A DNA stretch of 64,000 nucleotides from Myxococcota bacterium (lineage in GTDB: Bacteria > Myxococcota_A > Polyangia > Polyangiales > Houyiibacteriaceae), in NCBI GenBank assembly GCA_039030515.1, contig JBCCEA010000006.1, positions 47,352 through 111,351 of the forward strand, read 5' to 3'. This document shows, in pieces, positions 1-7,496 of the stretch (positions are counted from its first letter, which is position 1; every line of letters begins with the position of its first letter). A model generated the notes under the pieces. That model saw nothing but the letters and a program-made list of their open reading frames with translations. It ran no database searches and was not told where the DNA came from. A program made the position numbers and the translations under genes.

Positions 1-2
1 AC

Positions 3-302
3 CGAGAGACGTTCCATATTTTGGCCAGCACCGACCGCATTCCGCTCGATGCGTATGTCTCGCCCCCGGCGGTGGAGCCTGAACTCGCCAATGCATTGCG
101 CGGCGCACTGCTCGCGCTCGTGCCAGGGAGTGAGCTTGCTCTGGAGGTGCTCGGTCAAAAGCATCGACTGCGAGGCTTTGTCGAAGCGGACGATGCTGAT
201 TACGACTCGGTCCGTGAGATCGAACGCTACCTGGTCGAGGAACGAGAAGACGTTGCGGGCGATTGGACGCCCCCGAAGGTCTCTTCCGATGTGGAACGCT
301 GA
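3..302 (+). CDS. PhnD/SsuA-type substrate-binding protein, C-terminal part (truncated by window start)
   Basis: Frame is open from base 3 (RETFHILASTDRIPLDAYV...LRGFVEADDADYDSVRE). The IPxD and GFxxxxDxDYDxVR motifs resemble the C-terminus of phosphate/phosphonate-binding proteins. Confidence 0.55.
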   Translation, partial: RETFHILASTDRIPLDAYVSPPAVEPELANALRGALLALVPGSELALEVLGQKHRLRGFVEADDADYDSVREIERYLVEEREDVAGDWTPPKVSSDVER

Positions 303-323
303 GCACGTTCTGACTAGCGTCCG

Positions 324-2738
324 CTAGATAGCGCGTCGCTTCGGGGTATAAAAAGAGAGCGAGGCTGGCAGAAGGACGAGCTCGGCGATGAGCGCGGTCG
401 CGATCGCTACCGTGGACAATTCTCCAAAGAGCCGGATCGGTACGAAAGAGCTTGTCGAAAGTGCGGCGAAACCCAGGACGAGCGTTGCCGACGATAGGAC
501 TACGGCTGGACCACTCCCTCTGAAAGTGGATTTGAGAGGGTCGTCTGAGGGGGCGCGAAGTTCCTCTCGAAAACGCGTGATCAAATGAATCGTGCCGTCG
601 ACTGCAAGGCCTAGGGTGACGGCAAAGACGATCACGGTGGACGCTCCAGCAGGAATCTGCCTCCAGCTCATCCAAGCTAAGGTGACCGCAAGCGGGGCCA
701 GATTGGGTAGCAGGCTCAAAGCGCCCAGAGTCAGGCTTCGGAAAAGCAAAGTCAGCACTGCGAAGACCACCAAGACCGCGATTAGGAAACCAAACGCCAG
801 GTCTTCGACAACCATCTGAAGTCCAATCGAGGTTTGGTACGCTTCTCCAAAGACACGGGTTTGCGCTCCGTGAAGGTTGATCTCCATCTGCCGAATCTTT
901 GTGACGAGCTGCATGACCTCGCTTTGTCCAACGTCCGGTAGATGTATGGTGAGTCTGCTGTGCGACCCGTCAGCGGACACAAAGCGACTCTGAATCGATT
1001 CAGCACCACCCAGCAGATCGTAGAGTGCCTTGATCTGCTCGGAGTTTTGGAATGGCGAGGCTACCGAGCTCTTGCCGTGCAGCACCGTCCATGCCTCCTC
1101 GATCCAATCATGTGGACCGAGCACTCTTGGTCTGAGGGGATCTGCCTCAAGCTTCTGAGAGAAGTGCTCAAGAGCTTGCATGCCCTGTGTCGACAGGAAG
1201 GTGCCCGCGTTTGCGTCGAGTCGAACTTCAAGCCTCCGAATCCCTCCAAATTCGCGATCGATCAGGGTTGCGGCCTCGGAAGTTGCGGTGTGCTCGTCGA
1301 ATTGATCTAAGAGTTTGCTTTCCATCGATACGTTTCGACCGGTTCCCCAGCAGACCAGGAGGATCAAGAGCGAAACGACGAGAACGGAGAAGCGGTAGCG
1401 ACGGGACACGTCGGCAATGCGCGCGCAGTAGGCTGCCAGCCGAAACCGATCTCTCTTGATGGAGTTGGCGCTGCGCTTTTGGCCCACTTGAAGCAGGGCT
1501 GCGGGAATGAACAGAACCGTGATCACGTATCCGACCATCACGCCGCCCGCGGCGAGTGTGCCTAGGTTGTGAAGGGTGGCCGTTCTGCTGGTCCAAAGCG
1601 AGGCAAAGCCGATCGCCGTTGTCACCGAAGTGATCAAACAGGCTAGGGCCATTTTCTTCATCGTCGTGATCGCCGCTTCCACGGAGGGACGACCTTGCTC
1701 CTCATAGAATCGAGTCAGCAAATGAACTGCATCGCTGAGCCCTACCGTGATCAGTAAAGGAGGCACTATGTTGTTGACGAGATCGATCGGAACCCCGGTC
1801 CAACCCATCAATCCCATGACAAAAGATAGGGTAAGCCCCGAGGCCGCAAGGGGTAAGAGCACTCCAGCTGCGCTTTGGAAACCCAAGAGCAGGATCGCGA
1901 TACTGCCGAGGGCCGACAAGCATGCCAGCTTTATGGGCTCAGAAAGCAGCGTTTTCTGTAGAGAACGCCGCATCTGAGCAAGCCCGGTCACATGAACGTG
2001 CATGCTTGCGGGGAGTCGAAAGCCGGCGATCATGGTTTCGAGCGCATCCACCGCGCGGGAACGCTGCGCCTCATCCGAGGTCTCCAGGTGAACAGCGAGC
2101 AGGGTGTGCTTGCGGTCAGCCGAAAGCAGCATCTTGGAGAGGAGTCGCGATGTGGAAGCGGCCTGACGGACGGTGTCCCGCTCGGACTCCGTTGGCGTTT
2201 CGCCTGCGACCAGCGCCGTGCTTTCTAGTCTTCCGCCCACGTGCGCCGCGATCGACATCAAGCCTCGGGGAAATGCGGCCGGAGTGCTTTCTACCAGTCG
2301 CATGAGCGCGTGCTGCAGTCGGTCTGCTTCGTTTTGAGCGACGTCGTCGTCGAGGACCGTGGCGAGCTCTTCCAGAGTCTCGGGGCGGTGCGCCGCAGCG
2401 TGCGGGTAGGGTATGGTTGTGAGTCCGTCTACCCGTCTCACGAATGCATGCCGCTCGATCGAACGTGTAAGACGGTGGAGGGTGTCTAACGCTCGATCGT
2501 GCAGCACATGAGGCGCTTCCAGGACGACGAGGATCGGCTCCTCCGACGGACCAAATATCTGCTCTGTACTTGTAATTAGTTCGGCTGCTTCATCTCCCAT
2601 GGGCACAAGATCTTGCGGGTTGAAGCGAGCGGAAAGTCGCAAAGCACCAAGGCCGCAGACTCCTGCACACACAGATAGCGCGATCAGAGCTTTTTGCCGC
2701 CGGAGTAGGAGCCCTCGCGCTACGCGATCAAAGTCCAT
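324..2738 (-). CDS. MMPL/RND family exporter, last gene of the carotenoid operon
   Basis: Two repeats of a periplasmic loop plus TM bundle with GLSDAVHL and GLAVDGTIHL motifs. Start placed at ATG 2738 (MDFDRVARG), overlapping the stop of the upstream Rieske gene; the ORF-track start at 3017 lies inside that gene. Confidence 0.85.
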   Translation of the reverse strand: MDFDRVARGLLLRRQKALIALSVCAGVCGLGALRLSARFNPQDLVPMGDEAAELITSTEQIFGPSEEPILVVLEAPHVLHDRALDTLHRLTRSIERHAFVRRVDGLTTIPYPHAAAHRPETLEELATVLDDDVAQNEADRLQHALMRLVESTPAAFPRGLMSIAAHVGGRLESTALVAGETPTESERDTVRQAASTSRLLSKMLLSADRKHTLLAVHLETSDEAQRSRAVDALETMIAGFRLPASMHVHVTGLAQMRRSLQKTLLSEPIKLACLSALGSIAILLLGFQSAAGVLLPLAASGLTLSFVMGLMGWTGVPIDLVNNIVPPLLITVGLSDAVHLLTRFYEEQGRPSVEAAITTMKKMALACLITSVTTAIGFASLWTSRTATLHNLGTLAAGGVMVGYVITVLFIPAALLQVGQKRSANSIKRDRFRLAAYCARIADVSRRYRFSVLVVSLLILLVCWGTGRNVSMESKLLDQFDEHTATSEAATLIDREFGGIRRLEVRLDANAGTFLSTQGMQALEHFSQKLEADPLRPRVLGPHDWIEEAWTVLHGKSSVASPFQNSEQIKALYDLLGGAESIQSRFVSADGSHSRLTIHLPDVGQSEVMQLVTKIRQMEINLHGAQTRVFGEAYQTSIGLQMVVEDLAFGFLIAVLVVFAVLTLLFRSLTLGALSLLPNLAPLAVTLAWMSWRQIPAGASTVIVFAVTLGLAVDGTIHLITRFREELRAPSDDPLKSTFRGSGPAVVLSSATLVLGFAALSTSSFVPIRLFGELSTVAIATALIAELVLLPASLSFYTPKRRAI

Positions 2739-3747
2739 CGGTAGTCGGAGAGGTCGTCTCTGCTCTATTCGAGGCAGATGCGCGTTTTTTTCCGGTCCGC
2801 AGCTGATAGCGGCGTTCGGCGTACGCGATGTCGTCGATCCAGAGGAGGCGCGCACGTCTCTTGATGAATGGCTCCAGCAGTCCCCCGGCGTACTCTGCGA
2901 TTCGAAAGCCCATCCGCTCGGAGGTCGCAAAGGTGACTTCCGTAACCATCGTGCGACCCTCATCGATCGGCGTCGCATGGGTACTGACGATCGAGCCTTT
3001 CCCTTCTCCCGCGACAATAGTCATCACGATCGAATTGCGTTCTGGAGAATGGAAGCGAGCATCGACTTCCACACAAAAGGGTCCAAAAGCCCGGTAGGCA
3101 ACGCGAAGCACGACCTCGTCTTTGCTTTGTTCGAGCACGTTCAGATCGGCAAAGCTATGCGGATGGTAGTGAACCCCGTGCCAGGGATCGAGACGGTTTG
3201 CTACGATATCCAGCGGTTCACATTGCGCCTCCATGCGAATCACCGCTTCGATTCCATGTTTCGGGCGTTCAGCCTGAATCGGTGCATCGGTTGGCTGTTC
3301 CGCGGGTGCGAGACGGATCCAGACCAAGACACCATCGTCGTGGCAGGGATAGGGGCGCCAGGTTCCGTGTCCCTGAGGTCCCAATTCAAGGCCGTGCCAT
3401 GGACAGCGCAACTTCCCGTTGTGTACCGATGCGCAAGAGAGATCGGCCCCCATGTGGGGGCAGGCTGCGGGGGCGGCGTGCACTCCATCTCTAGAGCGCC
3501 AGAGCACGACTTCTTGGCCGTCAATCCTATGAGAACGCGGCACTTGGCCCACTTCCGAACTGACGTCCGCTACCCACCAGCCTCCGGACGAGCGCTTTTG
3601 AGAACACGCAAGTGCGCGATCGATCCAGCTTGGGTCTGCTTGTTTCCAGTCCGGTTCTAGACGTGGATTTTTTAGTTTAGGCAGTCGCGCACCAATGGGG
3701 ATGTTCTTGCGAGAGAAAAGACCTGCTAGGGGGGAGGCTCGGTTCAT
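2728..3747 (-). CDS. crtV: Rieske 2Fe-2S protein, CrtV-like (DUF5914-type), carotenoid-associated
   Basis: Rieske ligands CPHMGADL...CPWHG and a mononuclear-iron-like NRLDPWHGVHYH motif; position beside crtY/crtU/crtT matches Streptomyces crt clusters. Confidence 0.75.
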   Translation of the reverse strand: MNRASPLAGLFSRKNIPIGARLPKLKNPRLEPDWKQADPSWIDRALACSQKRSSGGWWVADVSSEVGQVPRSHRIDGQEVVLWRSRDGVHAAPAACPHMGADLSCASVHNGKLRCPWHGLELGPQGHGTWRPYPCHDDGVLVWIRLAPAEQPTDAPIQAERPKHGIEAVIRMEAQCEPLDIVANRLDPWHGVHYHPHSFADLNVLEQSKDEVVLRVAYRAFGPFCVEVDARFHSPERNSIVMTIVAGEGKGSIVSTHATPIDEGRTMVTEVTFATSERMGFRIAEYAGGLLEPFIKRRARLLWIDDIAYAERRYQLRTGKKRASASNRAETTSPTTDGL

Positions 3748-5012
3748 GATGGGTACCAGACCTTTCTTGAATAGATCGCCTCAGACACGAAAGGAAGCAG
3801 AGGCAGGGCCCTCATGACCTTTGCGATGTCTCTGAGACTGGGGGTCTCTGAGAGAAAGCGCAGGAGTGGGGCGGTCGGGGTGTGGTCGAACAGGCGAACG
3901 AAAATCTCAGGAGCGGTTTCCGGTCGACGGATCAGATAGCTCAGGAAGATCACGTCCAGCGTATGCAGTATGCGTGTATTAAGTTCTGGTATCACATTAC
4001 CCAGAGAGTCGCGGCTACCCAGAGAGTCGCGGCTACCCAGAGAGTCTCGGCTACCCAGAGAGTCTCGGCTGCCCAGGGACATGCGAGTTCCTGCTCTACT
4101 CCACCTAAGGGATCCATCAGGCTGCACGAAACGGGCAATAGCTGCAGACTGACGCTGAATATTCAGGAACGCGTACCCGGTTGAAGGGCGGATCATGCCG
4201 CCGGCGATCCCGAGGTAGCGGATGTTCTCTGAGGGGGTACGCTCAAAACCCGCAGCCATCGGTAGGACCCCCTGCTCTTTGCGGAGAATCTCATAGCCCC
4301 CAGGTATGTTCTCTAGAAAAGCCTCTAACGCTCTCTCGTACGTACTTGCGGGAAGTGGCGCTGCAGAAAAATAGGTGTCTTCGATCAGCGCCTCCTTGGG
4401 ACCAAAGGGTAAAACGTAGGTAAAATGGATGCCGTCGCGTTGGGAGCAACGAAAGTCCATCAGTGTCACGTGATCAGGATCGAAATACGCCCGATCGGTC
4501 CGCACGTGCCAACCATGGAAATGCTGCAGTAAAAAGTCTTTTTTATTGCACTTGCTCTGAATATATTCCCAGGAAGGTGGGCGGGCATCAAATACGTGGT
4601 TGGCACGTAGCTCGCCTTGATCGGTTTGGATGCACACGTAGTCACCTCGGTCTTCGCACGAAGAAACCCGAACCCCCATGTGTAGCGGCAGCCCCTGGGG
4701 TCGATCGAGTTTGGACTGTGCATGCGCGTAAAATGTGGCCGCGGGTATGTACTCGTACGGTTGATCCAAAAGGGAGCGCCTGACCGTCCGCTCTGGCCCG
4801 GCCACCTCGAGATGGTGCCAGCGATGACCTACACACTCTTCGAACGGATGGCGCAAAGATCGAAAATAACACCAGGTACGGTCGTGCTCGAACTGTGAGC
4901 GCGATTCCAAGATGACGGCTCTGCCTCCGTCAAAGCCCCGCCCTAGAAGATGCACGCCAAGACTCAGTCCAGAGCAGCCCCCGCCGATGATTGCAACCTC
5001 AACGTCGGTCAA
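3744..5012 (-). CDS. crtY: Lycopene beta-cyclase (CrtY/CrtL family)
   Basis: N-terminal IIGGGCSGLSL FAD motif, DRTWC, TLMDFR, FTYVLPF, LIEDTYFS, EQGVLPM, GGMIRPSTGYAF; TTG start. Confidence 0.88.
   Translation of the reverse strand: MTDVEVAIIGGGCSGLSLGVHLLGRGFDGGRAVILESRSQFEHDRTWCYFRSLRHPFEECVGHRWHHLEVAGPERTVRRSLLDQPYEYIPAATFYAHAQSKLDRPQGLPLHMGVRVSSCEDRGDYVCIQTDQGELRANHVFDARPPSWEYIQSKCNKKDFLLQHFHGWHVRTDRAYFDPDHVTLMDFRCSQRDGIHFTYVLPFGPKEALIEDTYFSAAPLPASTYERALEAFLENIPGGYEILRKEQGVLPMAAGFERTPSENIRYLGIAGGMIRPSTGYAFLNIQRQSAAIARFVQPDGSLRWSRAGTRMSLGSRDSLGSRDSLGSRDSLGSRDSLGNVIPELNTRILHTLDVIFLSYLIRRPETAPEIFVRLFDHTPTAPLLRFLSETPSLRDIAKVMRALPLLPFVSEAIYSRKVWYPS
3998..4076. repeat. 18-bp tandem repeat (~4.4 copies) inside crtY, encoding (SLGSRD)n
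   Basis: tacccagagagtc(g/t)cggc at 3998, 4016, 4034, 4052, plus a partial copy at 4070. Confidence 0.95.
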
Positions 5013-5055
5013 CTGGGCTTCCGAGGTCTGACACGCTGGCGGGTCATAGGGATCC

Positions 5056-6612
5056 TTAGGCTGCGCGAACCATACCGGCGAGCATGCCTCTCGGTGGAAC
5101 GCTGAATAAAGCCTCCTCTTTGACTTCGAGTCTTCGAAGAAGTTGGTTTGCCGCCATCATTCCTGAGGCGACCGCTCGCTCCATAAGCGCGCACGGAAAA
5201 GGCATTCGAACAAAGTCACCTGCGAGCATGAGTCCATCGATCCCAGACTCAACGGATGGGCGATGCCGGTGGCTACCGGGTTGAAAAGCCGGGCAGTCCC
5301 GGCGAATGATCAGTCGCTCGTCGTGGATGATCGCTTCGCGCAGCTCTGGATAAAGCTGCCTGCAGCGCTCGAGGAGCTCCTCCCGAATTGAGGCCGGAGC
5401 GCGCGAGGGATCGACCCCATACGCATGGAGCTCCACAACCGATCCACCTCGGGCATGGCTCCACTTTCGACTCTCGTCTTCGAGGCGCTCAAACAGACTG
5501 ATGTTGTCTAAAATGCCCGCATCGGCGGTTCCGGCAAAAGGTGCCCTCGAAGGATCGCAGGGGCGGTCTGTCCACAGCCGAAGCACGGCAAAAGGCCAGG
5601 TAACCTCCAGTGAATTCACTGAGCGAACGAGGTGATCGCTGGCGAGACCGGGAGAATCGTCGATGAGGCGTTTGAGGCCGTCCACGTGGAGCGCAAGGAC
5701 GATGCCGTCGTAGTTCTTTTTGCCGCGGGTCGTCACCGCTTGAAATCCGCTTTGGGTTTTTTCGAGCTGCTGCACCGTTTCCCCAGCGCGAATCTGTACG
5801 TTCAAGGCTTCAAGATAGCGCTGCAGTGGACCGAAGATCGCGCGATCAAAGGGTTTGTCGAGCACGTCGAACACCAGGCCCTCAGGGTTTCCGACGAAAT
5901 AAAAATGGAACATGGCGAGCAGCTCGGCGGCCGAATAGTGCGGCTCCGGATTGAAAAACGAATGACTGAACACATCGAAAAGCATGCGTCTCGCGTCGGG
6001 CGGAAAGCGCAGCCCGTCCAAATAGTCGCGCGCGCTCATATGATCGAAGCGCGCATAGGTGGTTTCTGGATCGAACTGAAGCATCGCGAGTGCGCGGTCG
6101 GAGCGGATGCGGAGCAGATCTCTCAAGGTGAGGGTAGGAGTGCGCCACATGAGCGATAAAAAGTTAAAGGGCGTTTGCTTTGGAATTCCCGAGAAACTCT
6201 GGGTCATTCCGCCCGGAGCGATCAGCGGGTAGTCTTGCATCGGAACGAGGGATTCCTCCCCATTGAAGCGACGCATCAGTGCTCTCAGATTGTAGTATTG
6301 CCTAAAGAATGCATGAAACCCCCGTTCCATCGAGAACTGGGTGCCGTCCTTGAGTTCGTCCTTCCACGCACCGAGGCGTCCACCCAGCACCTCCTCTTTT
6401 TCAAAAACCTCCACTTCGACTCCGCGTTCTGCGAGCACAGTGGCTGCGGCGAGTCCCGCAAGACCTCCCCCGATGATCGCAATGCGATGCCCCTCAGGTG
6501 CCCGCGATCTTGTAGCGGAGTGGGTATGCGGCACTTTTTGAGGTGTCTTGTGATGTTCCGGGGAGAAGAAAGGGAAGGTTCCGCTCAGCTTTTGCGCAAG
6601 ACGGTTACGCAT
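5056..6612 (-). CDS. crtU: Beta-carotene desaturase/methyltransferase (isorenieratene synthase, CrtU-like)
   Basis: IIGGGLAGLAAA FAD motif, RGFHAFFRQYYNLRAL, ELLAMFHFYF, GSVVELHAY and ALMERAVASG are typical of actinobacterial CrtU. Start placed at ATG 6612 (MRNRLAQ), overlapping the crtT stop; the longer ORF-track N-terminus is repeat read-through. Confidence 0.85.
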   Translation of the reverse strand: MRNRLAQKLSGTFPFFSPEHHKTPQKVPHTHSATRSRAPEGHRIAIIGGGLAGLAAATVLAERGVEVEVFEKEEVLGGRLGAWKDELKDGTQFSMERGFHAFFRQYYNLRALMRRFNGEESLVPMQDYPLIAPGGMTQSFSGIPKQTPFNFLSLMWRTPTLTLRDLLRIRSDRALAMLQFDPETTYARFDHMSARDYLDGLRFPPDARRMLFDVFSHSFFNPEPHYSAAELLAMFHFYFVGNPEGLVFDVLDKPFDRAIFGPLQRYLEALNVQIRAGETVQQLEKTQSGFQAVTTRGKKNYDGIVLALHVDGLKRLIDDSPGLASDHLVRSVNSLEVTWPFAVLRLWTDRPCDPSRAPFAGTADAGILDNISLFERLEDESRKWSHARGGSVVELHAYGVDPSRAPASIREELLERCRQLYPELREAIIHDERLIIRRDCPAFQPGSHRHRPSVESGIDGLMLAGDFVRMPFPCALMERAVASGMMAANQLLRRLEVKEEALFSVPPRGMLAGMVRAA

Positions 6613-7495
6613 CGGACGCTCCTGCCCGATCCGCTCCGGATCTCGCCTCCTTGCCGCCGATCTCGTCGCTAGGGCACGGTGTGATCTCAGCGCTCGGGCA
6701 CGGTGTGATCTCATCGCTAGGGCACGGTGTGATCTCATCGCTAGGGCACGGTGTGATCTCATCGCTAGGGCACGGTGTGATCTCAGCGCTCGGGCGCTGG
6801 GCAACGAAAGAATGCAGAATGCCCCGCTGCCATCCCTTCATCGGGTGGGTTCGTACGCGTACAAAACCCGCTCGCGAGAGCCGCTTTTCAAACTCCAAAA
6901 CCGAATCGAATTCAAAGACGCTGCGGCGAAGATAGCGATAGATCTCGGTCGTTCCTGCAGTGAGAGCGCCACCTGGGATGATGATCCCGGCGGTCACCGC
7001 GTTCCACACGAGCTTGCTTCGTATACTCCCAGCAACGCTGTATTCATGAAAGCAAATCCTGCCTTCAGGTTGCAATATTGTACGGATTCCCTCCAGGCAT
7101 CGATCCATATTCGGCACGTTGCGAATCCCGTACGCCATAAGGACTCCGTCGAAAGGGCCGTGGATACCTGCGGCTCCAAGGTCCATGGCGTTGCCCACTA
7201 CGAAGCGAGCATGGGAGGCGATCGGTTTCGTCTTGGCGCGTTCGATCATCTTTGCAGATGCGTCCACCCCGACAATCTCGGCGCCTGGATAAACAGAGTG
7301 TAGCGCCGCAGTGGAAGTGCCGGTGCCGCAGCAGAGATCGAGAACGCGGGCCCTCCTCGGCATACCCAACCTCTGCGCGCTCTGTCGTAAGTGTGCGCGA
7401 TATCCAGGGTTCAGGCCGGTAAGCAGATCGTAGGTCGAGGCGATCCGATCGAATTTGGAAGGCACTGCTGCCTTTGTTTTTGCATCAAGAGGCAT
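6605..7495 (-). CDS. crtT: SAM-dependent methyltransferase, CrtT-like (UbiE family), with a repeat-derived C-terminal extension
   Basis: FDRIASTYDLLTGLNPGY, VLDLCCGTG, FDGVLMAYGIRN, HEYSV and YLRRSVFEFD match Streptomyces CrtT-type proteins; lies between crtB and crtU. Confidence 0.8.
   Translation of the reverse strand: MPLDAKTKAAVPSKFDRIASTYDLLTGLNPGYRAHLRQSAQRLGMPRRARVLDLCCGTGTSTAALHSVYPGAEIVGVDASAKMIERAKTKPIASHARFVVGNAMDLGAAGIHGPFDGVLMAYGIRNVPNMDRCLEGIRTILQPEGRICFHEYSVAGSIRSKLVWNAVTAGIIIPGGALTAGTTEIYRYLRRSVFEFDSVLEFEKRLSRAGFVRVRTHPMKGWQRGILHSFVAQRPSAEITPCPSDEITPCPSDEITPCPSDEITPCPSAEITPCPSDEIGGKEARSGADRAGASDA
6659..6795. repeat. 24-bp tandem repeat (~5.7 copies) at the crtT 3' end, encoding (PSDEITPC)n
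   Basis: gatctc(a/g)(t/g)cgct(a/c)gggcacggtgt at 6659, 6683, 6707, 6731, 6755, partial at 6779. Confidence 0.95.
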
Positions 7496-7496
7496 G

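Noticed and set aside
2599-3660. 353-aa plus-strand ORF and the many other antisense or overlapping ORFs
   Set aside because: They shadow well-supported genes and carry no motifs; long shadow ORFs are expected in GC-rich DNA.
6659-6795. 24-bp repeats (also 26128, 59817 and others) as a CRISPR array
   Set aside because: Copies are directly adjacent with no unique spacers, and no cas genes are present.
6613-6804. N-terminal (ALAMRSHR)n extension of CrtU in the ORF track
   Set aside because: It is the alternative-frame reading of the crtT repeat; ATG 6612 overlapping the crtT stop is the more plausible start.
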